Source: Chrysomallon squamiferum (Eukaryota; Animalia; Mollusca). From it: a stretch of DNA of 64,000 nucleotides. Of the stretch, positions 43,473 through 56,488 are shown piece after piece (position 1 is the first letter of the stretch; every line of letters begins with the position of its first letter). The stretch covers positions 39,742,001 through 39,806,000 of the forward strand of contig CM022670.1 in assembly GCA_012295275.1 (NCBI GenBank), in the 5' to 3' direction. A model generated the notes under the pieces. It made no database searches. It was given only the letters and a program-made list of their open reading frames with translations, and was not told where the DNA came from. A program made the position numbers and the translations under genes.

Positions 43473-44207
43473 GTATTTAACAGATATATACATGTCCACA
43501 TGTCCAAATGACAAATATACTATAACAAATAGATATTCATATAACAAATAAATAACATCTATTACCAGAATGCAACAGGTAAATAAGTTATCATAACAAA
43601 TACTGATTTTCAAGCCCTCAGAAATGACCAACAGACCCTCCTCTTTCAGAAACCCCTGGTTTTAACTGTTCTCTTGTTTGTTCTCTGAGATAAAATAACA
43701 AGATTTGTAACATGACAGATCATGAGATCAGTCATCATTCCTCACAATGTTACACAGTCTGTGTGTCACCCAGACAGCTTAAAAACAGCCACACCCAGTG
43801 ATTTCCTGTCTATGAGAAAATGTAGTCATCTCCTCTGTTGATGGAAACTTTAAATAATATCTGCAGATTTCCTTTTGTTGTGTTATCTGTAAATTAAACC
43901 TATGTTTTAGCAGTTATTAATAACACAGTTTGATGACTGATTAAATATACATGAGTGTGTTTATGTTTGGACTTATATTATTATACAGTGATTTCTAAAT
44001 AATACTTAAATTTATTATTTTAATCAAATAATCCTCTTTTATAGTTACTGTTTTATCAATCATTCTGAAGCCTGTGTGTGTGTGTAAGTATGTGTGTATG
44101 TATGTATGTATGTAAGCATATATGTATGTATGTATGTGTGTATGTGTGTATGTATGTATGTATGTATGTATGTATGTATGTGTGTGTGTGTAAGTATCAT
44201 GTATGTA

Positions 44208-44243
<36 letters not shown>

Positions 44244-46317
44244 ATATATGTATATGTGTGTATATATATTTATATATTTTTTTTATGTGTGTGTATACAT
44301 AGTCATTCATTCATTCAGTTTGAAATAAAATGCTCTGTTCGTAGCCCGCCAGATAAAGAACTCGTTATTATGTAGTTTATCCCTTCAGAGATTGCCATAC
44401 CAGACTCCATTAATACCTTCAACACAAACACAGTGTCTGATGCTTCACTGTGTCAATCCCTTGTCCTCAGTCTAAGCCTTTAAGATCTTTGTTTTGTTCC
44501 CGCTTGTTTCAAAACAAGCAGAGTGCATTATACTTGTGTTTGTGTGTGTGTGTGGCTGGAACGGTTTGTTTGTCTTGTGTCAGTGATTTTGACACACGAT
44601 CAGAGAGAAAAGTCACTTGAAAAAGAATATTTAAGTTTCAGACTTGGTGCCTTCCTGAATATGTTGATGTTTTCCTTGTTTCAAAGGTTGTGGTGTTTTA
44701 GGATGACAGAAGTTAAAAGAAGAATGAGGTGGGGAAAAAAAAACTAAAAAATAATGTACAAAAAAAATAATAATTATAATAAAAATAATAATGATAATGA
44801 TGATGATAATAATAACAATAATGATGATGATGATGATAATAATAATGATGATGATGATGATAATAATAATGATAATAATAATAATAATAATGTCATTATT
44901 ATTATTATTTTTATAAATAATAATAAAAAAAATTATCTAAAAGAAATTTCATCATTTTTATATTCAGTTCTGATGTGTTACTCTTTTTATGAAAAAAAAA
45001 AAAAAAAAAAATGTTGAGTGTATAATTTGTAGAAAAATGAATAATGAAAGAATTAATTAAAATAAGAGTAATTTCAGAAGAAAACAACAAAGTGCAGTAT
45101 TACACTATAAACTCTAAATCTTGTGTCTTTGTCTCATTCCTGCTTTTTCATTTCATACATAACAAACAGCAGACTTCATCAAAACAGGATTCACTTGTGA
45201 TCAGTGAAAAATGTCTGCTTATAGCTTTTCCTTTTAGTCAAAAGTCAATCAACTGAAGATTGTTTGATTTATTTCACTGCTGTTCTAATGAGATTTCACT
45301 ATGTTACTCATTCCATTTGTTAATTTACCTACAGAAGCAAAACATGAAAATATTGTAACTAATTGTTTTCCTTGTGTGTTTACAGGTTTGATCACGTAAA
45401 GGATTTTAACAGAAATGAATAATTTTTATGTCTTTTCATGCTTTAATAAGACAATGCACAACACACACATTAATATTTAAATTATTGCTTCATATTTAAA
45501 TTAATGCTTTATATCAAGAATGTTAATAGAATAGTGTACTGAACTTTGTAAGTACAGACCAATAAAAATCAGATTGACCAGTCAGCAGAAAACTCTTACA
45601 ATATTTTTCAGTTCATGGTTCATTAAGCTTCGCACAGGTGACATTTTTACCATGTAATTTTTCAGTACTTATTATAATTTGGGAATTTTGTAAATTAAAG
45701 AAGAAAAAAAGATGAAAAAAAAAGACAAAACTCAACAAAACAGGAATAAAAATTTGAATATATTTTAATAGAGCTCATAATGACATAAATTATTTTAGTT
45801 TTAATGAGTTTTATTCATAACAGATTAATGGTTACTGTGTTGATATTGTTTTCATTATTAATCTTGTGTCTACAGCCATCAATTTGGACAGAATTTTATT
45901 TTCTATGTTTGTTTGTATTAATATTGTTATTACTACTGCTGCTTCTTGAAAACGTTACTTAGAACATAAAAAAATTTAAATGTCTGCCATTTCAACTGAT
46001 TCTGATCATCATATTTATTAGATTTAACATTTTTAAATACACCTGCCATTTATTTAGCTTCTTTGAAGCATGACCATCTCACTCACACAGTCTTGAAATA
46101 CCTGTTTTGAGTCATAGCCACTACAACCAAAAAATGAATAGAAAAGATAATTTTTTGTATTTATATATACACAAATATTTTAAATAAAATGAAGCTGAAC
46201 CAGACTAAAATACGACTGTTGACTTAAAAGAGCGAGAACGTTTTGTTTATGCATCTCTGGTCAAACAAAATTGTTCTTTGTGATGAAGTTCTGTCAAATA
46301 CAGTTTTGATAGTGAGG

Positions 46318-46614
<297 letters not shown>

Positions 46615-48334
46615 AAAGGATCCATGTGATTACTGGGTAAACGTAACTGCAATGTGTTCTGTACATATTTGCAGATCTGTTAGGTAATGGCTGACTCAGT
46701 ATTTGTAAAATATGTTATGTCATACCCTAAGTACATGTTTACAAATCTCTTATGACATGTTCTGTGTGCATTTGTAAACCTGTTACAATTTTGTCATGTT
46801 TGTTTACAAGTCTGTGTTGTGCCTGTAAGTATATTTTAGTTACAGATTACTGTGCAGTAACTGTGTTTGTCACATTACTATGGTTGAAAGACTGAAGAAA
46901 AAAAAAAAAAGAAAAAAAAGAATTAGGAAATAATGATTGAAATTTTGTAAATAAATGAATAGATATATAAAAGTAAAATAAAAATAAAATAAAATAAAAT
47001 AAAATTAAATTAAATTAAATTAAATTAAATTAAATTCCCTTCCCCAAAAAATATATATACACAGATATATAGATATGCAACAACCCCCCCATAACCCCAG
47101 CTGATCTGTGTTAGCATGTTTATTTTTTCACTCTCTGTTACAATAGTAAATAATGTTTATCTCTGATCATGTGACACAGAACAAACAAACTGTTCCAGTT
47201 CTTCATGTAGAATCACAAGTAAAATGCACACTGAAAATAAAAGACTTTGATCAGGGACAAAGAACTGACAAGTCAAGCAACAGACAAAATCCCTGCAGAA
47301 ACATGTAATACAAAGAAAATTTTAAAACACTGGATTTTTTTTTTGTTGTTTTGAAGTTTTAACTTGATAAATAAATAAAAACTTTTATTTCTCTGGAAGA
47401 CACATATACAATAAACTGATACAAATAAATTGTATTGTTGGCTTCATGTTTACATGCAGAAGAGAGGATGTCAGGTTTTTCCAGTAAAAGTCTAATGGGA
47501 ATTTCTGTGTTCACTATGTACAGTTTGCCAGTGATTACAAATTCATACAGGATTAATGTGATCATTATTCAACTACATTTGTATCTATTGTTTTTAATAT
47601 TTTTACTGTCATATGGAAGAATAGTTCTAGCAGCTGCTCTGGAAAATGCTGTAGAAAGTGTTATTGTTGTTGTTGTTGTTGCTATTGCTGCTGCTGCTGT
47701 TGTTCTTATAGTTTTTATTATAATTATTTTATGTTTTATTTATTTGTTGTTTTTTTTAATTTATTTTATTATCATTTTGTTTATTTTTGTTAAAACAATT
47801 TCAGTTATTTGTATATTGATAATATGGTAATATCATTAAAATTGTAACAGATATTTCAAAGATTATTTTTATTTCTGTTTCAACACAGGAAATGAAGGAT
47901 CAATGTATATAATTACAGAACAGAATTTAACTTGTTCATTTTACTTTAACAATGAACTGCATTGCTCATTGAGTGTCAGATTTAATTATGTGCATGGAAT
48001 TTGGCTTTCTTTCTTTCTTTCTTTCTTTTTCTTTCTTCCTGTTATTACCATCATCATCAACATCATTATTATTCATTTTTTATTTAATATTATTTGGACA
48101 TTTAAAAGTCAAAATGTAATAATTATATATTAGCATCACTGGTATATCAGTTAGAGTGCCAAACAGAGTCCTAATTTCAGATTAAACTTGTCACCATTAT
48201 TACAGAAATACATTTTGCTTTTATAATTAGCATGCAGACAATATATTGTTTTGTGTATGATACAAAAATGATTCTTCAGCCTAACACAACAAACCAACAC
48301 AACTTGTAAAATGTTTGTTTTACGACTGTTTCAG

Positions 48335-48413
48335 GAATCATTGATGTTCCTGACAACATCAAAGCCTGCAAGTATCTCAGTGTTGTTGAAGCCAGCGTCA
48401 ATCCACTGGGAAA
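48335..48413 (+). CDS. ERBIN/LRRC7: LAP gene coding exon 3 (GIIDVPDNIKACKYLSVVEASVNPLGK), LRR
   Basis: TTTCAG acceptor; AA|GTAAGT donor; phase 1 to 2. Confidence 0.95.
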
Positions 48414-49428
48414 GTAAGTCTTGTTATTATTTAGTCATATTTACACTATTCTGTCACGATTCCTTATGTTATTTAGTCACGTATACTTTACCATCATGAT
48501 TCCAGAGGCAAATGGCAGCATTCTGATGTTTTATTGTCATGCTTTGTGTCCATGTAACAACAGACAGCTAAATAAAATAAAAATAATAACTTACTGGGAA
48601 GTGCAATGAATTTTCTTGTACCTGGTCTCTAATTTACTTAATATACATTATGACAGCTAATCAGTGTTTGAGTTTCGTAATGGTGAATTAATAGCAAACT
48701 GGTTCATCATTAAAAATATGTTTTTCAAGTTGCAGCAAGCCACACCATTATGTGATAGTTTGTTATGAATTCCTTTTATTGTGGTTTCTGTGTGTTTGAG
48801 TGGACAACATTAAAGTCCTGAGTCACTGAAATAGTAGGTTACATAATGATGTAAAGGTTAATAATGGTTTAATGTAAATAGTTTATATCAAAAATAAAAA
48901 TTTCTGTTAATTGTTTCATAATATGTATGTGTGTATGTATATATATATATATATACACATTGTTTTTTCTTCATTTAAAAAAATAAAAACAATTTAAAAA
49001 ATTTTAAATTAATAATTAACATGTCAGTGTTGTCATTTGTCACTTAAATAATTACATCAACTAATTCCATCTATTTGTTTTTTTGTACATTCCAGTTAAT
49101 TTAATAATCTATTATATTCCTCTCAATAGATATCTAAACAAAAACAAAAAAATGAAAAAAACCCTAAGAAAACTGCATTAAATTAACATAAATTTAAAAT
49201 GTATTTTGATCTCAGTAATTGATTTTATTACCTTGGATAATTTTTGTTTTTTTGTTTTTCTCTCTTTTTTTTCTTCAGGTTTTTGTTTTAGGTTTATATA
49301 TGCCAGTTATTTCAATTGAGGAATGCTGTTTGAATAATTTTTTTTCTTTTTAAAAATTAACATATCATAATTTTCTTTTGTGCTCATGTGAATCACTGTA
49401 ACAACTGATTTTGTTTATCCCATTCCAG

Positions 49429-49518
49429 ATTACCAGAGGGTTTCACTCAGTTACAGAATTTGTCTCAGCTGTTTTTAAATGACACATTTATAGATTACCT
49501 ACCTGGCAGTTTTGGAAG
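49429..49518 (+). CDS. ERBIN/LRRC7: LAP gene coding exon 4 ([30 protein letters not shown]), LRR
   Basis: TTCCAG acceptor; AG|GTAATT donor; phase 2 to 2. Confidence 0.95.
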
Positions 49519-50110
49519 GTAATTTATTTTTGTTTTTATTTTAGATCTTATTTTTTCACTCAAAGTCCTGATAGCCATTAACAGCGAACATAAACCATGG
49601 AAATATATTACACACACGTTATTAAACAGTGATTTGAAATTATTACTTAGATTTATTATTTTAATTTAAGAATCTGTCAATCATTCTGAAACAAAAGACA
49701 GGTGAGATTAATATTTGAATTTTATTTGTCTAAGGAACAAACTGCTACAATATCAGTCCTTGATGGACTATTTTTTATTTTTTTATTTATTTTTTTTTTT
49801 TTACATTATGTCTTCATAACTGTTATAGCAAATTTTATCATATTTTCACGTTCATGGGAAAGTCTGTATAAAAGACCATATGTTGCTAAACAGACAGGAG
49901 TAGCCCAGTGTGTGAAAGAAAATTTGTTTTTTTGTTGTTTTTTTCACTACATTAAAATGTTACAAAATCAACTGACTGATATCTAATAAATCTTAATAAA
50001 TTTGTTGATGCAGGGAAAGGAAAATAATAATTTAAAAAAAAACCCCTAAAATATGATTTCATGCTTTATATCTATCACACAATATTTGACTTGTATTGTG
50101 TCACAAAATA

Positions 50111-50362
50111 CAGGGTGCCTTAAAAGACTTTTCTTTGCTCACATTGGATGTTGTTTTGTCTTTTTACCAAGTGCTGTGCTGTCATAAAGATATATATTTT
50201 TAGTCCAAATTTTTTATTACATTTTTTTTTTTAAATACCATATGTAGAACTAATTCTTTGCAACATATACTTTGAAATAAATACATTTTTCATGTCATAA
50301 AACATGTTTTTCATAATCCCAATTTTTTTCAAAATAGACAGTGAGTTTTTTTAGACACCTTG
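50111..50362. mobile_element. Tc1/mariner-type MITE (252 bp)
   Basis: TA|CAGGGTGCCTTAAAA ... TTTTTAGACACCTTG|TA: imperfect terminal inverted repeats (12/15) with TA target duplication and no coding capacity. Confidence 0.7.
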
Positions 50363-50418
50363 TATGTATGTATTTGCAAAAATAATTTCATTTTTTGAAA
50401 TATTTCTTACTCTCAAAG

Positions 50419-50539
50419 ACTGGTGCATCTGAAGATTCTAGAAATCCGAGAAAATCATTTAAAAACTTTGCCTCGTTCGTTTGGACGTCTGACTTCTCTG
50501 GAGCGTCTGGACATCGGCAACAATGAATTCAACGAGTTG
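50419..50539 (+). CDS. ERBIN/LRRC7: LAP gene coding exon 5 ([40 protein letters not shown]), LRR
   Basis: Less common AAG acceptor, required by phase and homology; TTG|GTAAGT donor; phase 2 to 0. Confidence 0.93.
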
Positions 50540-50790
50540 GTAAGTGCTCAGTCTCACTTTGGTTTTGTCTTCATTCTGCATACAGTAAGCATGTTTGATA
50601 TATAACCCAGGAATTGAAAATTGTTCTGCAGAACTATCTGGGACACTTGTTTCCCAGACAAATACTCTACGTTTGATACATAAAATGTCAACAACTTATA
50701 TTCATTTTTAATTTTCAATTTTTTTTTTTTTTTTCTCATTTTTATTTTTGTAAAGGATTAAATGTATTTCAAAAAAAAAAAAAAAAAAAA

Positions 50791-50838
<48 letters not shown>

Positions 50839-51633
50839 ATAATAATAATAAAAGAACAATTTACTTTATTTTCATAAAAAAGTGTTATTTTTTATTTTTT
50901 TTAAATGTTTTTATTTTTATTTTTTTGATCTGTTTAAAATATTACTTAGGAAAATAGGTGTAGTTTCTGGTTTAGTTTTCATTCTCATAAATGATCCTGC
51001 ATTAAGCAAACAGTATTGCAGTTAGTGTTAGGTTGCCATTGGTCTCTGGTTTTCACACATAAAATGTTAACACTTACATTGTTGTTTTTCAGTTGATTTT
51101 GATTAGTAAATTTCCATATTTCTAAGTCACAACATTTTAAAAATAAAATGAGAGTTTTTGTTCATAAACTTTCTTTCTTTTTTTTAATTTATTAACTGTT
51201 TATTTTCTTTTACTTTGTTGTTTATTTTTGTTTTGATTTTATTTATTTCTTTTGTTCTTCATTCTTTTTTCCTTCTTTTATTTATTTATTCCAATTCTTT
51301 CTTTTCTTCTTTCTTTAATTTTTTTTTTATTTGCAATATTAACTGATGTAATTTTGTAATATATACTCTTGCTATATTAAAGTACTATAAAATAAATGCA
51401 ACAACAGCAACAACAACAATAACCACAACAACAACAATAGTAGTAGTAGTAGTAGTAATAATAATAATAATAACAGCAGGACCAGCATCATCATCATCAT
51501 CATCAACAACAACAACACTAACAATAACAATAACAATAACAACAACAACAATAATAATAACAACAAAATATTAATAATGATAGCAACAACAACAACAACA
51601 ACTACAACAACAGTAACAGTGTGTATTTTTCAG

Positions 51634-51708
51634 CCGGATGTGATTGGTTCACTGACGAGTCTGCTGGAACTGTGGTGTGACAAGAATCAGATTACGAGAT
51701 TTACTCCA
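51634..51708 (+). CDS. ERBIN/LRRC7: LAP gene coding exon 6 (PDVIGSLTSLLELWCDKNQITRFTP), LRR
   Basis: TTTCAG acceptor; CCA|GTAAGT donor; phase 0 to 0. Confidence 0.93.
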
Positions 51709-52250
51709 GTAAGTCATTCAAACTTGTCCCCAGAATTTCAATAACCTACAGAATAGCATTAATTATCCTAAAATTCTTGAAGACATATTACAAACTGGGC
51801 AAGCCTTATTATTAAGACTGTGCATAATGTATAAGAAAAAAAAAAAAAAAATAATAAAAAAAAGAAATGAAAAGAAAGAGAAAAATTTTTTTTTTTTAAT
51901 TTGGATTTGGGAAGTGTCAGATAAGTGTCAGACATTTTTGATAATAGATCATCAAACTTTTTTTTTTTTTTTTTTTTTTTAATTTATAAAAAAGAAAGAA
52001 AGTATTTGTCACAGAAAAATGATTATTGTCAGAAATGGTAATGTATTTGCTATGTGTAATGGTAACAATATTATTATAATCTGAAAAAAAAAGAAATGAT
52101 TTATTACTGTATAACAGAATAGAATAGAATAGAATAGAATAGAATATAACGTAACATGATGTGTATGGTAATATTTTCCTAAACGTATGTGTGGAATCTT
52201 TAAATATGTTTTTGAAAATTAGGTTCTTAAAATTAAATTTTTCTTCTCAG

Positions 52251-52395
52251 AATTTTGGGAACCTGAAGCAGCTGATGTTTCTTGATGCATCTAACAATAA
52301 CTTGGAGAGTTTGCCAGACGAAATAGATGGCTGCAGCAGTTTGGCAGATTTACATCTCACAACAAACAACCTGAAAACTCTGCCTGATTCTATTG
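52251..52395 (+). CDS. ERBIN/LRRC7: LAP gene coding exon 7 (NFGNLKQLMFLDASNNNLESLPDEIDGCSSLADLHLTTNNLKTLPDSIG), LRR
   Basis: TCTCAG acceptor; G|GTAAAC donor; phase 0 to 1. Confidence 0.95.
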
Positions 52396-52452
52396 GTAAA
52401 CAGACTCTACATGGATGTGTGTGTGTTAGTGCATCAATGAGTGAGAATGACT

Positions 52453-52673
<221 letters not shown>

Positions 52674-52836
52674 TATTTTTGTGTATTAGTAAATGTTAAT
52701 TTATATGATTGAAAATTATATATTGCAATATAATAAAATAAATTGTGAGTATTATTATTGTTATTATTGTTTTTGTTGTTCTTCTTCTTGTGTTTCTGTT
52801 GTTTACTTGTTTAGTAAAATCAGTTTAATTTTGCAG

Positions 52837-52909
52837 GAAATCTGAATAATCTAACAACTCTAAAAGTGGATGATAATCAGCTGACATCATTACCCACCAC
52901 ACTAGGCGG
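52837..52909 (+). CDS. ERBIN/LRRC7: LAP gene coding exon 8 (NLNNLTTLKVDDNQLTSLPTTLGG), LRR
   Basis: TTGCAG acceptor; GG|GTAAGT donor; phase 1 to 2. Confidence 0.95.
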
Positions 52910-53463
52910 GTAAGTGTGTATATAAAGTGTTAGTACTAACTAAAATTACAAACTAGATCATCACTAGACTAGGAGGGTAAGTGTGTATATATAGTGTTAG
53001 TACTCACTAAAATTACCAACTAGACTGTCACTAGACTAGGCGGGTAAGTGTGTATATATAGTGTTAGTACTAACTAAAATTACCAACTAGATCATCACTA
53101 GACTAGGAGGGTAAGTGTGTATATATAGTGTTAGTACTAACTAAAATTACCAACTAGATCATCACTAGGAGGGTACTTGTATATAGTGTTATTAACAAAA
53201 TTACCAACTAGATCATCACTAGACTTATAACAACTAAAATTACCAACTAGATATCACTAGACTAGGAGGGTAAGTGTGTATATATAGTGTTAGTACTAAC
53301 TAAAATTACCAACTAGATCATCACTAGACTAGGAGGGTAAGTGTGTATATATAGTGTTAGTACTAACTAAAATTACCAACTAGATCATCACTAGACTAGG
53401 AGGGTAAGTGTGTATATATAGTGTTAGTACTAACTAAAATTACAAACTAGATCTTCACTAGAC
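52901..53463 (+). repeat. 67-bp tandem array containing copies of the exon-8 end and 5' splice site
   Basis: GTAAGT at 52910 (true donor), 52977, 53044, 53111, 53270, 53337 and 53404; degenerate copy at 53173. Confidence 0.95.
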
Positions 53464-53840
53464 TTGTATTAAGATTACAAAAACTCAATTATTATAACAG
53501 ATAGGTAGTTTTATTTATCAGGCTATACGTTCAGTTTCAGTGAAAATCGTTTTACAAATTTAAAGGAGTCATTTACCAGTCTGTATATACAGTTTCAGTG
53601 ATAGTATTTTCAGACATCTTAAGGGCAAAGTTTATTGGTTTAGAATGTGTTTTCCTGCCTGTGAAAAGGTGCTTATAGTGGATCACTATTGCTAATTGAA
53701 AAACAGTCGTCCACTCTCATTATCTTTGTGATCTATTTGTACATTGTAGTTTACAAATTTAAATTTAATATGTTTCTTATTTTTATTATGTAAATTAGGA
53801 TAGTAACATTTATTCCTAATTTGTTTATTAATAATTCTTA

Positions 53841-53876
<36 letters not shown>

Positions 53877-54153
53877 CATCATCATTATTATTTATAAAAA
53901 TATTATTTTGAATGCAAATGAATGCATTTAAATTATAATGTTGACATTAATGACAGACATATTCTTTGAAATGGATTTTAATTTCAACATTTTAAAATTT
54001 AAATTATTCAGAATTATCTCATATGTTTTATATGTGTGTGTGTGTGTGTGTGTGTATACATATTCCATAAAATGTTATATTTGCATGTTTTAAGAGCTGT
54101 AGGGACTGTTTTGTGGTTTCTGTCAGACAGAAATGAGATGTTTTAACTTTCAG

Positions 54154-54283
54154 ACTGTCGGCGTTGTCAGAACTGAACATCAGTGCCAATGATTTACAGT
54201 CACTGCCTGCCAGCATCGGCCTGCTTCGCAACTTGAGAACTTTCTACGCTGACGAAAACCTGCTCGAGTTCTTACCAGCTGAG
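54154..54283 (+). CDS. ERBIN/LRRC7: LAP gene coding exon 9 (LSALSELNISANDLQSLPASIGLLRNLRTFYADENLLEFLPAE), LRR
   Basis: TTTCAG acceptor; GAG|GTAAAT donor; phase 2 to 0. Confidence 0.95.
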
Positions 54284-54775
54284 GTAAATGTTCTGTGACT
54301 TAGGTCTATTACTGTGATGATGATGATAATGATGATGATGTTGATGTTGATGATGACAGATCCCTTATCAGGCATCTGATATTAATTTATTTTTTGTGAT
54401 TAAGTTCTAACTTTATGATAAATGTTTTTATATCACTAACTGTTAATCTCACTGAGTTTTTTAAATTGGTTGTTACATGTCTTTTAAACCAAGATTATGT
54501 TTTCTGGTTTTGTTGGGTTTTTTTTATATACTTTGTGTTTAAATACTGGGTAGTTGTTTGGGAATAACAGTGATGTTATATATCACTAACTGTTCATCTT
54601 ATCTAATTCTTTAGATTGGTAGTTACATATCTTTTAAACCTAAATTATGGATTTTATTTTAGTGTTTTAATTATCTTTTTTTTTTTTTTTTTATACTTTT
54701 GTGTGTTTTTCAGCTCACTGTGTTGTTTTTAATCACTGTTATGTAGTTTTGTTTTTGTTTAGGAATAATCTGTTA

Positions 54776-54883
54776 CTGTTATTTTTAATATTTCTAGCTG
54801 GGTAGTTGTTCAGGAATCATGGTGATGTAGTTGTTATTTTTAATACTTCTAGCTGGGTAGTTGTTCAGGAATCACGGTGATGT
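54776..54883 (+). repeat. 55-bp tandem duplication spanning the exon-10 acceptor
   Basis: TGTTATTTTTAATAYTTCTAG|CTGGGTAGTTGTTCAGGAATCAYGGTGATGT occurs twice (exon starts at 54798 and 54853). Confidence 0.92.
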
Positions 54884-55038
54884 CACTGAGAAGTAATCAA
54901 CTGTCGTACATCCCTGACGAAATTGGCAGAATTCCTCGTCTCAGAGTGTTGAACCTCAGTGACAACAAACTTCTCCATCTTCCTTTTTCTTTCATCAAAC
55001 TCAAAGAGTTGCAGGCACTGTGGCTGACAGAAAACCAG
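54853..55038 (+). CDS. ERBIN/LRRC7: LAP gene coding exon 10 ([62 protein letters not shown]), last LRRs / LAPSDa
   Basis: The second of two duplicated CTAG acceptors is the one that keeps the frame open; CAG|GTAAAA donor; phase 0 to 0. Confidence 0.93.
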
Positions 55039-55677
55039 GTAAAAACATCACTAAAAAAGTTTTAAAAGTAATTATTATTTTTTTAAAAATTTTGTTAGAA
55101 TTGTTTTCAATTGTATTTAGTAATGAAATAAATTTGTTATTATTTTTAACACTTTGGTAAAATTAATTATTGTTTACTGACTAATTTTTCTCTTTGAATC
55201 AAAATGTGTTGGTAAATAAAATTAAGGTGCTTGAAATGTATAATTTTATTAATAATCTCGTAAATTTATGTTCATTTAAGACTTTTACATGAATAGTTTT
55301 ACATTTTAGAATGTTTTAAAATGATTAAAGTTAGAGATTTTTGGAAATAAAATCTATGAGTTTCATTAATTTGATTACCGTTATTTTAGATACAGTGTAT
55401 ATAATGGTACTTCTATTTTGTTTGGAGTCAACATATAAACTTCTTTTTTCCTTTCTGTTGAAAAATTAGATTGATTTATTAAAGGAAAAAAGAGGAAAGA
55501 AATATCATCAAAAAAAAAAATTGAATAAAAACCTGGATTTTAATTTTGATTTGTAATGTTACTTTGAATCAGAGAATACTGTAGTTTATTTGATTTAGTT
55601 TTTAATTTTTATTTATTTATTTATTTGTGTAGTTTTATTAAATATTAATATTTGTTTACTTATTTTTCTGCTTTCAG

Positions 55678-55774
55678 ACTCGACCTCTGATTTCTCTTCA
55701 GTCAGACATAGATCCAGAAAATGGAAGAAAAATTCTCACCTGTTACCTGTTACCACAGGGTCCTTTGAAAGAAA
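55678..55774 (+). CDS. ERBIN/LRRC7: LAP gene coding exon 11 (TRPLISLQSDIDPENGRKILTCYLLPQGPLKE), LAPSD
   Basis: TTTCAG acceptor; A|GTATGT donor; phase 0 to 1; matches the LAP-specific motif PLI.LQ.D.D......LTCY.LPQ. Confidence 0.93.
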
Positions 55775-56236
55775 GTATGTGTAGTTCATAATAGTAATAA
55801 TAATAATAATAATTTGTTTTATTTTGTGATATTTTGTTTATCTTTATTTTTATATTCCAAAACAAAATCTGCAATAAAAAAAAAATAAATAAAAGTTTTC
55901 AAAAAAAATGAACTAAAAAGTTTACAGTTTTTAGAAACGTATTATAATTTTTCAGAAATCAAAAAAAAAATTTTTTTTAAAGAACTATTATAAATTAAAG
56001 AACAATAATAATATTTAAAAAATAATAACAATAAAATAATAACCAATGCAAAAGATTTATCGACATTTTCAAGTACCAACAGCTGAAGGGTTTGATACTT
56101 AACACGGTAAGTTCTGATTTCATTCGTACCAATAATGGCAGCCACAAAGAAATAATAAAATGAATAACTGTTATTTTACGACAGAGTTTAAGATTGTGAC
56201 ACATCTGTTTATACCATTCTAACTTTATTTTCGCAG

Positions 56237-56349
56237 ACGCAGGAGGTGGGGATGGGGACACTGATAGCTTCCATGCGTCCATGTGGGATGAACAACGAAC
56301 TCGAAAACAACAGATTCACTTTCAGTTTGGAGACGATGTAGATACAGAA
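56237..56349 (+). CDS. ERBIN/LRRC7: LAP gene coding exon 12 (NAGGGDGDTDSFHASMWDEQRTRKQQIHFQFGDDVDTE)
   Basis: TCGCAG acceptor; Erbin/Densin-like SF..S.W.EQR motif. The donor is weak (GAA|GTATAT); GAT|GTAGAT at 56338 is an alternative in the same phase. Confidence 0.85.
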
Positions 56350-56449
56350 GTATATAAAATATTTAATTACATTAACTTCAGATCATAAAAAAAATCACAA
56401 AAAGGTTACCCTACGTTTTTTGTTTTTATGTATTTATTTATTTATTATT

Positions 56450-56488
<39 letters not shown>

